Source: the human T2T-CHM13v2.0 reference genome, Homo sapiens. Taken from it: a stretch of DNA of 64,000 nt. The translations under genes were made by a program, and so were the position numbers. The first letter of the stretch is position 1. The number at the start of each line of letters is the position of its first letter. Positions 1 to 15,929 of the stretch are shown piece after piece. The notes under the pieces are model-generated. The model was not told where the DNA came from. It worked only from the letters and a program-made list of their open reading frames with translations, and did no database searches. The DNA lies in the NCBI RefSeq assembly GCF_009914755.1, contig NC_060929.1; one strand, written 5' to 3'.

Positions 1-2368
<2,368 letters not shown>

Positions 2369-2454
2369 GTATTTGCTTACAGCAGTCCTTCCCATTATTT
2401 TGCTAAAATATGACAGGATTATTCATGTTCATTATTTAGTCACAGTGTAGGGAG

Positions 2455-3410
2455 TTTCTTTTAAAGTTACAACATAACTTGAAGTGGACAAATCCTAAGT
2501 GTACACAAATTTTAAGTCATTTTTTAAAAAATATATATGCACCCGTATAACCAGCCGGATTCAAATATAGACAATTTCTCAGAAGGCTCCTTTTGCCTCA
2601 TCTTAGTCAACCCAGAGGTTCTAGCTATTCTGATTTCTATCACTACAGAGCAGGTCTTCTTGTTCTTGAAAGTCACATAAATGAGGTTGCATACTGTGTA
2701 GTCTTTTGTGTCTTGGTTCTTTTACTCACCATTCTGTTAATGTGATTGCTAAGTGTTGTAAGTGGGAGTTGATTCTTTTTAAATTTCAGGCTATATTTCA
2801 TTTTATGGTTATACTACAATTTATTTATCCATTCTACTCTTCATGACATTTGGGTTGTTACCAGTTTTAGGCTAATAAAATAAATGTCAGCTAAAAATTA
2901 AAAGCTGGGAGGAACATTCTTGAAGCATCTTATGCACTGATTTGGCTTGAGTGTACACCATATATTGGAATTTCTGGGTAATAGAATAAGCACATACTTC
3001 ACTACAGTTGCTGCCAAAAGTTTTCCTGGATGCTTCTATTATTATTCTCTCATTCCATCAACAGGTGATGTTTCAGTTGTCCCACATCTTTGGCAAAATT
3101 TGATTTTATCATTTAGCCATTGGTGGGTAAGTCGACATATCTGACTGTTTTGCTTTTTGCACTTGTGTTTTTTCTTATTGTAGTTTTAATATGCATTTTC
3201 CCATGAGTATCCTCATTATGCACATTTTCCTAAGCTTTTTGATCAGATGAATAGCCTGTTTTGTGAGGTGCCCAGTAAAGAGTTTCCCCCTTTTTCTATG
3301 TTAAGAGTTCTTCTTATACTCTTGACATGAGTTCTTTTTTTGGGGATATGCACTGCAAATACCTTCTCGCCATCTGTGGCTTGCCTTTTCACTCTAAGTA
3401 GTATCTTTTA
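2455..3410 (-). mobile_element. Old L1M (L1MD/ME-like) 3' remnant
   Basis: Degenerate antisense L1M 3'-end motifs (aagtgtacac, tttatttatccattctactct, ttgcctttcactct-like). Boundaries approximate. Confidence 0.55.
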
Positions 3411-4169
3411 TTGTAATTGTTTTGTTGGTAATTTGTTTCCTGGTTTTTTTTTTAGCTTTAGAACTTCCAGAAAAAAAATGAGTTTGATATATTCAGATTG
3501 CTTCTAGAAGGATTTATGTTAATCACAAATCTGTATTTTGGAATTCTAAATACTCTGAAACTTTAAGAAATTTTAAGCAATATCTCATTTAGTTATTATA
3601 AAAAAGAATAGCAAAACTTTAAGGTTCCTTTAGCACTGTAACTTTATATTGATAACTTAAATATCACTGTATAAAGTCCAATTTCGTGAAACCTCTAATT
3701 CAGCTCCATTTTACATTATGATTATTCTAAACAGTATATTTCTGAAAAGTTTTAAGCATGGTAGCTATACATATAATTTCCACCATTACACAAATGAATC
3801 ATAGAGTAATCTTAACAAAATAGAGCTGCTGTTACATTGCTAAATTTCTACACTCCAACACACCCTATATTTTTAGACTATACAGAGCATATAAGATCTT
3901 CCTTCTAAGAACTTAGACATTCAAAAGACATCCCTACCTGGAGATTTCTATATTGACTTTAGAAACAAATAAATATATGGAAGCAAATCTATACCACATG
4001 ACACCTCATCTCCTAGAGAACATCCTATTAAAAAGTGCTCCAAATATCCCATTTTTTCTTTCCAATTCAGTAGCTTGGGTTCTTTATAATCAAAACAGCA
4101 GTTGGTATGTTTAGGGAGTTTTTTTGAGGTAAAGATAATTCTAAGAATGAATGTAATAAAAAGAAGAGT

Positions 4170-4360
4170 CAACATCTATTGAGTTCTTGCTGGGTTTTAG
4201 GTATTGTCTAAATGTTTTACAAATATTAATTTATTTTACCCTCACAATAATCCTATGTCTTAGGTAGTATTACTGCCCCATTTTGTAGATGTTATATAGT
4301 CTGCCAGTAACCACATGCTTGCAAGAGGAGGAACTATGGTATCCCAGGGCAGCCTGGCTT
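4170..4360 (-). mobile_element. MIR SINE remnant
   Basis: cctcacaataatcctatg...ggtagtattactgccccattttgtagatg resembles the MIR core. Confidence 0.55.
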
Positions 4361-6188
4361 GCTACTTTGGGATTTTGATGGATTCTGAGAAGCCACCTTA
4401 ACCTTTGCACAAATCTAGAATCACCACAAATCTTGAAGGTTTAGATATTAACCAACAATTTGTTTTTTTGAGTTATATATGTTTGCAAAGACAGACATGG
4501 ACATTTGTTGATTGTCAGGTGGCAACTGAAGGCTATACATTGGCTTTTAAAAATCCGAATGGTTTTTAAAAATCTGAATCTGAATCCCTTTATACATAGC
4601 ATGTACATTTCTATTCGTCACAGTTTTTAAAACACCGTCTGTATTTAACATCTCTACTTTCTACAATTAGGCTGACTGGCTTCTTAAAGCAATAGAATTT
4701 GAGATCTTTGGACACTAAACCAAGGAACTGCAAGAAAAGAAAGGGAGACCGGTATTTGTTCTTGTCTACTGGGGGATTCATGTCTTACATCACAGGGGAC
4801 AGTGTCAACAAAATGAAAATTTTCTTTGTGGCTTGTCAATGACTGCCCTTTATACCTTCCTTTCAAAGAAATGTTTCTATTTGTTTCCTCAACGGTATCT
4901 CTGGATCTCCCTACACAGCCCCCAAAATAACATTTGTAATTTATTTTGATTACAAATTAGGGATGTAGAAAGAGGATGGGAACCTGATTTATTAAGCCCC
5001 CATTTTGAGCTAGGTAGTTCGCATATTATATCTCACTTATTTATTCCTGGGGAAAAAACAACGTAACAATAAACTTAAATTTTGTTTTATTTCTTCAACA
5101 TATGCAGAAGAAGAAAGTGGTGCTTAGAGAGAGGAAAAGTATTGCCAAGGCTACAGAGCTAGAATATGTGTAGAGAAAACTAACTGTGCTCATTTCACCC
5201 CACAGTGGGGCCTCCCTGTTATCTGGATAAAAGTCATGAAAGCTTAGCACGTAGAATTAAACCACAGCTTTATATTTTGCAATAGTGTATATTTCAAAAT
5301 GAAAAAAAAGAGTCACTTTTAGCATTTTACAGCTTCTTTAATCTAAAATTTTGCCCATTGGAGACTAATACCTATTTTTTTTGCTTAAATGTATTTCTTA
5401 GACAATTTACATTTTAAACCAGCTTGAATGCCATATTTTACACACATACGTATTTTTATGGCAGATCATTTAATAGCAATACGTTTACTGTTGTGGGATT
5501 ATTTAAACATACATGGTTCTAGTTAAGGTATATTTTAAAAATCTTGCATTTTATTGCATATGATTCAATTTTTGCTGTGCAAAGATAACTGCTTTAATGA
5601 TGGTCAAATATTTTTTGAAAACTAAGAAAAGCAATGTTTATTTTGCATACAAAAATAACTTTATCTTCAATTATATACATTCATTTATATGTCAGGTAAA
5701 TAAGAAGCATTTCCTCTGTGCCTCACCAGAAAATTAGTGTAAAAGGTAAATATGGAAGAAAACAAATGAGATCTTGAGGCATAACTAAATGATTCAGCAT
5801 TATATTGGTAAATAAGCATCCTGGTTAATATGAACTTATTTCCTCTAATAATTCCGTGACATAGTCACAAATGTTTTAAGAGACAACTGGAGTCTTGGTA
5901 GCTGGAGCTATACAACAATTAATTTAAAAAATGTAAACATGGAGCCTAAGGACACTTAATAAAGGTGTTAATGGGCTTTGGGTGGCTGTCCTAAACCCAT
6001 TGAAATTATATGCAAATAGGTGAATACTGTGTTTGTGTGTTATGTGAAACAGATGGCAGCTTTTCTTAGATTTTTTAAAGGGTCCACTGGTCTAAATGTA
6101 GTATAATGACCACAATGATGATATTCACTAATATTTATTAAATGCTTTGTGCTTTCTCATGTAATTATAACAACAACCCAATGAAACA

Positions 6189-6537
6189 CAGGTTGAGAAT
6201 CTCTTATGTGAAATGCTTGAGACCAGAAATGTGGCAGATTCTTGATTTTTCTCATTTTAGAATATTTGCATATCCCAAATGAGAAATCTTGGGGATGGGA
6301 TTCAACTCTGAACATGAGATTCATTTATGTTTCATATATACTTCAAACATACAGCCTGAAGGTAATTTTACACAATATTTTAAAATAATTTGTAGATGAA
6401 ATAAACTTTTGATTGCAACCTGTCCCACGAAGTCAAGTGTGGAATTTTTCACTTGTGGCATCCTGTCAGTGCTCAAAAAGTTTCAGATATTAGAGTATTT
6501 AGAAGTTTGGATTTTCAGATTAGGAATGCTCAACCTG
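6189..6537. mobile_element. MER46/Tigger4-family non-autonomous DNA transposon
   Basis: Terminal inverted repeats caggttgagaatc ... gaatgctcaacctg. Confidence 0.75.
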
Positions 6538-6654
6538 CAGTTACATTATTAACCCAATTTTATAGATAAACCAAATGAGTCTCAAAATGGTTGTCATTTG
6601 ACAAAAATCACAGCATGTAGGAAGTGAAACCTACTACTACTAAGAGGTATGCAG

Positions 6655-7177
6655 TCTGTTCCTTGAGCAACCTTGTCTGATATAATAGTTCCTAATTGCA
6701 TGGGGTTTTCAGGCACTTGAAACACGGCTAGTGTGAGGGAGGAACTGAGTTTTTAATTTATTTAACGTTAACCCATTTAAGCTTAAAGTTAAAAACTGAT
6801 ACAGTTCCGTTTTTAGAAAATGGTAAATTATGCTTGAAGACACTTGGACAGGTGGATATACTTCTTCAATTGTAAACTGTATGAAATCTACATACAGGTT
6901 AAGCATTTCTGAGAAAAATTCAGCATCCAAATCAAGATGTGATGCAAGTATTAAAATATACACCAGATTGTGAAGACTTGATAAAAAAATGAATATAAAC
7001 TATCTCACGAATGATGTTCTTATATTGATTGTGTGTTGAAATCATAACATTTTGGATATATTTAGTTAACAAATTTATTACACTTAATTTTACTTTTTTA
7101 TTTCTTAGTATAACTACTAGACAATTTAAATTATATAATTCCTATTACATCTTCACTGGACAGTAAGCACTGCTGTA
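6655..7177. mobile_element. hAT-Charlie remnant (Charlie1/MER3/MER33 group)
   Basis: Characteristic motifs aggaactgagtttttaattt, aaaactgatac, ttgtaaactgtatgaaatcta, ggacag...cactgctgtaga. Confidence 0.6.
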
Positions 7178-7302
7178 GAACAATCATGATATCATATAGA
7201 AGGGAATGAAAAATAAAATGGTAGAATGCCTTTCTAGATTTTTTAAAAACCTTTATTAATTTAGAAAGAATTCAACAAGACAAACATAGAGTAAAATTTT
7301 TC

Positions 7303-8319
<1,017 letters not shown>

Positions 8320-9884
8320 TAAAGTAAGATTTTTCAATATTTATTTATAACTTGAAGAGACAGGTGAAAAAGAAGATGAAATTCCACAGACTAATAAAAC
8401 ATGGCTTGGTTTGACACTTGGAAAAATAAGATTTGAATGCTAAGACTTCCAAGAAGAATAAATCAATATCTGGAAATGGCTAGCTAGCCAAAGTTAATTT
8501 TGAGAAATGTCACTGAAAAGCTCTGGGAAAGTTATCTGCAATTATAATCTCTACGCTGACTACACGAAATTTGTGAAAAAAAATTTTTTAAAGTTAAAAT
8601 AAGAATCAAGGAAAATTAAAATAAATAAACAAAATAAAACATCATTATCTTGTGATACAGTGCCCCAAGCTTCTACTCCTTTGGAGCAGTCCTTAGTGCC
8701 CAAGGAAATGACAGCTCAGAAATGAAGTGTTTAACACAGAACTTGGTGCATAGAAGGTGCCCAGGTGGGAAGAAGTTTGTAGGTACAATGTAGGACCAAT
8801 CTGGAGCAGGAACAGAATGTACTCAGGATTATTACAAGGCCGTTGCCCCCATTATGGCTCTGAGGTAGACAAGGAGAAAAAAATTGCTTCACTGACCTGC
8901 CAAAGATGACATTTGCATCTCTGTTATTATTTAGAGGAAGACAGCACCTCTGCGGACTCATTTATGGTATTTTTTCTAAATTAGCCAGGTTCCAATTCAG
9001 ATTCACATAACTCTTTAGGGAATATAACTCAAAATCTCTGTCATTAATAAAACACTCCAAGTCATAAGCAGTCAGGTGTGGAAACCAAGTCTCCTAGATT
9101 AACAAGTATCTGGAAACCTACATCTAATTGAGAAAGAAAGCTACATATGTATATATTCAATACATGATGATTGTAAATAATAAAATAAATGTGGGTTTTG
9201 ATCAAAGTCAACAAATAAAACATATAACTCATAATAAAGCTACTCTATTGATATGATAAATTTGGAGGGCAAATTATAAATTACACATACATTCCATTAT
9301 TAAAAAAGAAAACACATGAGGGCAATTTAAAAAATATATTCTTTTCCGTCAGCATTTCCAATGGACTTATATTAATCTGGTGGTTTGTCTTCTAAATTGC
9401 AAGATGGTTCACTGCATATATGAGAAAATCAGCCCATACTAGCAGATCTTAATGAATTAAAAAATCTTTTGAACATTCATTCAAGGGTTGACTAGTAAGT
9501 TCAGCACCTGCTTCAATGTCTTAATTTTAAAGGATTTCCCATGATTTCTCTGTCTCTAATAGGAAGGATTTACACAGATTTATATTTGCACTATAATCTG
9601 TCTTATTTTTTAAAGAGATCTTATGGTGCAACTCCTGAATAATAAGAGTGTCAAAAATGATGTATTAAATTACAGGGGTAAAAAATACTTATTTTTATTA
9701 TTTATATTTTGGGAGTTGAAGTTACATGTAAAAAAAAAGGAGGGCTGATGAATTGACATAAGATGCCTTAATTTAAGTTTTATTTAACTCCCCTTTCATT
9801 AAGATTAATCAAGCATTTTCTAAATTACCAAACTGTATTTTTAAAGTATTTGAAAACAAAAGGACCACGCATTTTCCTTAAAAA

Positions 9885-9992
9885 AATTACATATACATTT
9901 ATATATCACATTGCATGCCTGTACTAAAACATCTCATGTACCCCATAAATACATACACCTACTACATACCCACATAAATTTTTAAAAAATAA
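9885..9992 (+). mobile_element. Short L1MA-type 3'-end fragment
   Basis: acattgcatgcctgta...catctcatgtaccccataaatacatacacctact...cccaca followed by an A-rich tail. Confidence 0.7.
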
Positions 9993-10975
9993 ACAACTGA
10001 AAATGTATATCTTTATTGTCATCATCTTCATGAAAGAAATTTATATATGTATTCCCTTCAAATAATCTCCAGTTCACCTTAACGTAGTTGTAACCATAAT
10101 GTATATTCAATATTTGTTTCCTTTTTCTACACTTGTACCACAAAATATTTCCCAAATTGTGACATAACCCACATTGCCATTCTTTTTAGTGGCCACAAAA
10201 TGTTTCATCTTATGTTAATTATAGTTATATTAAGAAAAATAGGCAGGAAGAGAAATAGACTGCAATAGCCTCTTAAATAATGGCAAACTTTAGCATTTTT
10301 CACTATTACTTGCTTACAAACCAAGTTATTTCTTTAACTGCTAAATTAATAGATTTCAAGTTATAAGTCAAAGGTAATTAGCCTAAAATAAAAAATTATT
10401 ACTAAGTGGCTTAAATGATATCTTGTAAAAGATCAGAGCAAGATGAATTTTGAGATGTACAAATTAAAAGATTTTAATGTTTTCTGTAGTTACAGTTCTG
10501 GTATGCATTTAATTTGGCCCTGAGGTATTTAATCACATAGAAACTTTACAATACACATGCAAATGAAGTTTGAAATTAATTTTGTCTTAGCATAGTCCCA
10601 CTGCTTTGCCTTACTAGAACATAGGGACATACTGTTCTGTTAAGGTACCATGCAGAATGACAGCAGATAATGCAAAACTCTCTTAGTGTTCACTTCCATT
10701 TGATTATAAAGGGAAAAATATAGAAGCAGACAAAAATTAAAATTAAAAATACTAAAATTAAGGAATTGTATATTGACAGGAAGAGTGTTCATTAGAGAAT
10801 TTGTATCTCTGCTTTACTATGTGGTATCAGGTGCTCAAAGCAGTCATTTGATTTTTGTAAGGTCCAGCACAATTTAGCTCCAGTCGTCCATCTGTAGCAA
10901 GGTGTAAGAATGATTTGCCCAATAGGAGTTAAGTCTATTTGAGGTGATAAAAAAGCGATTGATTTTTAAGTGGCA

Positions 10976-11031
10976 TAAACAATGTCCAGAAGTATGCTGA
11001 AACTAAACAAATGTCCAGAAGTATGCTGAAC
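10976..11031. repeat. ~28-bp tandem duplication (2 copies)
   Basis: taaac(a)aatgtccagaagtatgctgaa(a)c occurs twice head-to-tail. Confidence 0.9.
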
Positions 11032-11344
11032 TAAAAAATATTATTAAGAGAATATCACCGATAGTAGAGTACATCTGAAGACTTAATTCTGTGAGAAAAT
11101 GACTTGGAGAATTTGGTAAAAACTTTTTTCAAAATTTTATTATAGAATCCACATAAATTAATTTTCATTATTAACAAATCAGCAACAGACACAATTCAAA
11201 CATAACAATATATGTATATGCACATGAGGACCTAAGGAAATCAAGTCAGGTCCTAAAATCAGGCAAGAGTACTAAGATAAATTAAACATTCTTTTATCTC
11301 TCACTTTAGTTAGATTTTTATGGGACATTACATGTGTTAGCATT

Positions 11345-11730
11345 TGTTATGGGTTGAGTTGTGTCTCCCAAAAAAATTTATATGTTGAAGCAACTGTACC
11401 TGAGAATGTATTTAGATAGAGGGTATTTGAAGAGGTAATTAAGTTAAAATTAATTAACTAGGGTGGGCCATAATCCAATCTGACTGGCTGACTGGCGTCC
11501 TTTTATAAGAAGAGGAAATTTGGACACACAGAAAAGACATCTGGGGTGAACAAGCACAGAGAAAAGGAAGCCCTCTGCAAATCAAGGAGAGAAGCCTCAG
11601 AAGAAACTAGACCTGCCAATACCTCGATCTCAGACTTCCAGTCTCCAGAACTGTGAAAAAATACATTTCTTTTGTTTAAGCCACCCAGTTTGTGGTATTT
11701 TGTCATGGCGTCCCTAAAAAACTAATACAG
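11345..11730 (+). mobile_element. MLT1B-like MaLR solo LTR
   Basis: Starts tgttatgggttgagttgtgtctccc and ends ...actaataca; contains ccagtctccagaactgtga and ttgtttaagccacccagtttgtggt. Confidence 0.85.
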
Positions 11731-11804
11731 CAAGTTAGGCTGGTCAAAATGTGACAAGAAGAATGAAGTTGCCCCTTCTGAAGATCTGCCAAGATGTATC
11801 AGTA

Positions 11805-12542
11805 CAGTAGTCCCCTGTCCTCTGTGGGGAGTATGTCGATGCCTGAAATCTCAGACAGTGCTGAACCCATTTGCTGTCAATCAGAACACATTTCTGTTCA
11901 TGTATTCCACACACAAATTGAATGCCTTTTTCATCTTAACTAAGCACTTATCATGATTGTGGCTGTAACTGTCGCAGTTTGCGGTGCCACAGCAAAACTA
12001 GCATTTTTTTTTTTCTTCACAATTTCATGAATAGAAGATTAGTTCTTACAGAAGATCTTAGCAATCTCAGCATATAATTTTTTTCTCTCATATTACATAG
12101 AGAACTTTCACCTTTTCACTTGAAGCATTTTATGGCTCTCTGGCATATACGAATGACCAGCATCACTACTGATGTGCTTTGGGGAAACTTAATTACCTCT
12201 TCAAATATCCTGTATCTAAATACAAGCTGAGGTAGTGGGGCTTCAACATTTATTTGGAGAAGTCAGATAAGGTGGCTTGAAAACAAGCATAATGATACAG
12301 CAACAGTTTACCTGATAACCAAGATGACTATGAAGTGACTCAAGCATTGTGGCTCCACTGGGCAAAAGAGGATTCACGTCCCAAAGGAGATTTCATCCCA
12401 CTATTTAGAATGGTGCACAATTTCAAACTTATGAGTTGTGTATTTCTGGATTTTTCCATTTAATATTTTCAGACCAGAGTTATTCTCTAGTAACGAACTG
12501 AAACTGTGGAAAGGGAAACCACAGATAAAGGCAGGACTACTC
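11805..12542 (-). mobile_element. MER44 (Tigger7-derived) DNA transposon with an internal foreign insert at 12186-12260
   Basis: TA|cagtagtcccc ... ggactactc|TA termini; internal sequence resembles the Tigger7 transposase 5' region in antisense. Confidence 0.8.
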
Positions 12543-12854
12543 TACCACTGCTCTGAAAGTGAACTGTGGCAGAAGCACTATACACAATTTAGTTAATAAG
12601 CGATATTAGCATCTACTTTGCATAGATGTGGAACACAGTCTACACACTTCAAGACCTTCTGAGTTTTTCAGTTTGGGAAACAATTAATTTAAACAATATT
12701 TAGTGTTGTGGAGGAAGGATATTTTGTTTTAAATGTATTGTATGTGAAGCATCTTTGACATTGAGATAAAAGTGGGAGGCAGATAGGAGTGGTTTTGGAG
12801 ATTAGGAAAATAGATTCAAGATTGGGTGCCATTTTCTAAGACTATTTTCAAAAA

Positions 12855-13105
12855 ACTGTTTAAATATATGTAACAATATTAATAGTTTGACCATTCATAA
12901 GTATACAATTTGTCAGTACATTCACTATGTAATATCCTCACTATCTATACCTAAGCCTTTTTCATCATCCCCAACAAAAACTTTGTAACCATTAAAGAAC
13001 TGCCACTTTCCTCCCCTTCCCCAGCCCCTGGTAACCTCTGTTCTACTTTCTGTGTCTGTCAATTTGCATATCCTAGGGACCTCTTATAAATGGAATTACA
13101 CAATA
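12855..13105 (-). mobile_element. L1MB-like 3' remnant
   Basis: ttttcatcatccccaacaaaaac...ccccagcccctggtaacctctgttctactttctgt motif. Confidence 0.65.
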
Positions 13106-13729
13106 TTAGCATAGAGTCAATTTTTGAAGTCTTAGAGATAAACAATGTCACTCAGAGAAAGAGTGGTGGTGTAGGGAGTGGGGGATAATATTAGGAAAAA
13201 TCAAGGAAAAGGCACAGGAGTCTGGATCTCTCTTATTACAATAATACAATCTGCTCCACTCCCCTTTCTGTCTCCTTGATTCAGTGGAAGTAAGAAAACT
13301 TTTAATGAACATATTGTACATAAGAGATGGTGCCTGAGAAGTTTATGAAACAAATGATCATAGAATAAATTATTTTTGCAATGACTCATATACATTTATA
13401 GATATGGGGAATAGGTATTTTGGAATCTTTTTTAAATTAACACTATTTATGTCCCACTGTAGAACCTTAGGGAAAATTATTTAAATTTTCATATTTCCAC
13501 CAGAATCTAAAATTCAGAGATACCTGTCATCCAGCAAGAATTGGGATTGAAATAATAACAAAGAGGTACTGTGACTTATGGCTTAGAAGGTTCTTATACA
13601 CAAATCATTTTATTTAACCTTACAACCATGAAAGACTGGTATTATTATTTTAATTTTACAGAATAAGTTGGGGCAGTCAAGGAGATTCCAGATAGGAGAG
13701 CAAAGACCATCTTCTTTCCAATTACATAT

Positions 13730-13990
13730 ATAGATTTTCAATTAGAGATTTTACTTTGGAAAAATTTTAGGTTTACGAAAAAAATGCACAATAATATAGA
13801 GTGTGTCCATGTGCCCCTTACACAATTTTCTCAAAGGTTTAATTCTTATATTACTATGAGACATTTTTCACACTAAGAAATCAACATTGCTGAATTACTA
13901 TTAAACTCCAGACTTTGTATTTGATTAGTTTTCCACTTGTGCTTTTGTATGTTCCAAGATCCAAACCATGATGCCATGCTGCATTTGGCA
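13730..13990 (-). mobile_element. L1MC-like 3' remnant
   Basis: ttttaggtttac...acactaagaaatcaacattg...actattaaactccagactt...ccaagatccaa motifs. Confidence 0.55.
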
Positions 13991-14207
13991 TACATAAATA
14001 TTTGGGGAGTTATTAAATACTGGAGTTTACACTGTTGTGCTTTAAGAAATTGAGCTTGGTCAAATACAAGGAAGGAAATTGTGGATATATCAACAGTTTG
14101 TTGGAACATTAAACCTTATTTTTGTATGACAAATAAAACTTAACTAAATAAACGCACAAGACACCATCATATATATACATATGATGTACATATATACATA
14201 TATATAT

Positions 14208-14300
14208 AATGGCAAGATGATTTTACATATATATGTTTTCTGTAGTTACAGAAAACATTTCATGTATATGTGTATATATATGTAAAATCATCTTGCCATT
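14208..14300. repeat. Nested perfect inverted repeat (fold-back hairpin)
   Basis: 27-bp arms at 14208-14234 and 14274-14300; inner 12-bp arms at 14233-14244 and 14247-14258 around a GT loop. Confidence 0.93.
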
Positions 14301-15535
14301 CCTAGAAAAAATTAAAAATGCAGCATTAGAAAAAAGGAAACTAAGTTTAAATGACTCATCAATAATTTTTAATAGACAAACAATAATGTATCATGTCACT
14401 TGTTTCCTTTTCTTTTTCAGTGAGATAGCTTTGCAAGAAATTCTTATTACTCAATACAATGTTTTATAGATTGTTTCATAAGTATCAAATATGCTTCTTT
14501 GGTATTGATGTTTCTTGTCCTACTAATGCATACTCATTCATTTAAAAAAATTTTCAAATATATTTTTACCTCAAATAATGTATATATTGGAAATTTTATC
14601 TTTCTCAAAAGTATGGGTTGCTTAATATTGAGATAATTTCTAATGGGTAAAATTTACCAGGAAGCCACTTGCAAAAACTTTAAAAATGTTATTTTATATG
14701 CCTTTGTATCTGTCTTACTTTAACCACTTTTTGTTTTCCTTGAAATATATAATTTAGATGATAGAATTTCAGTTTAAGATATATGTCAAATATTTCTACT
14801 TTTCTTCATTAGTTTTTGAGATATAATTCTTAGCCTTCTCTAGATTTTCCTGCATATTATCTTTGGCATTGAACAGGTAGACATGGCTCACATTTACATC
14901 AGGTAAAGTGTAGAATTCAACTTAGGAGATGACAACATTTAAATATATTAATATCAGTATTAAGAGTTCTTAGGGCAGTAATCATTGTAAAAATAATATT
15001 ATTGAACAGTTATTTCACACTGGGTTCTTAAGTGTTTTACTTATCATAAAGCATAATTTAATACACCAACACAGCTTCCTAGGGAACAGACACTAGGCTA
15101 GTCACTTCTCTATAAAATACACTTATTTTCCCTAATTTACAATTATAAATAAACATTATAGGTATATAAATCCTGTGTATAACCGTAACAGGAGAAGTAG
15201 TTTTAAAATATCAAATTTAAGTCATCAAATATTTCAGTGGCTTTATCTAATATTGTTTATTTCATTTTAGACTTATTAATATTTTACTTCACGTAATCAA
15301 CATGTATATATTAAATCATCACTCTGAATTCAACTCAAGAGCTCAGATCTTTCTAATATTTGTAGTTTTCTGTCACTCTTGAACACAAAGGTTATATTGT
15401 TTATATGCCTATGTATCTCAACACACCTGCTCATAATCGCACTAAGTAATTTATTTGATGATTGCAATGACAGCAAAACCAAACTACCCAAACACGTGAT
15501 ATGCTGTTCTACATAAAGTCGATTTTTAAAAATCA

Positions 15536-15601
15536 ATATCATCATTATCATCATCAAAATCACTACCACCACCATCAGCACTGTCACCACCATCATCATC
15601 A
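15536..15601. repeat. Degenerate (CAT/CAC)n microsatellite
   Basis: atcatcattatcatcatc...accaccaccatc...catcatcatc. Confidence 0.8.
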
Positions 15602-15929
15602 GTAATTCATTGAGTTGACATACATTATCTTACTCTATATTCTGCCAAGGCAAGCTTCAAAATCAAATGATATTAGATATCTTAATAATTTCCATAATTT
15701 AACAATGTGAAGCTCTAGCTATATAAGTCAACTGGGGGGATATTTTAAACAACAGAAAATTGGTTTATATAAGCTAGACAAATGTAGTATACATATGTTC
15801 TTTAATGGTTCTGATTTTAAACTCTGGAAAACAGTATTGTCTTTTTAAAATTTCTATTTAGCTCAGTGTAGAGCCTGGATGCTAAATAGAAGCTTTACCT
15901 AGCACAGGCATCTTTCTAATCTTTTCTTA

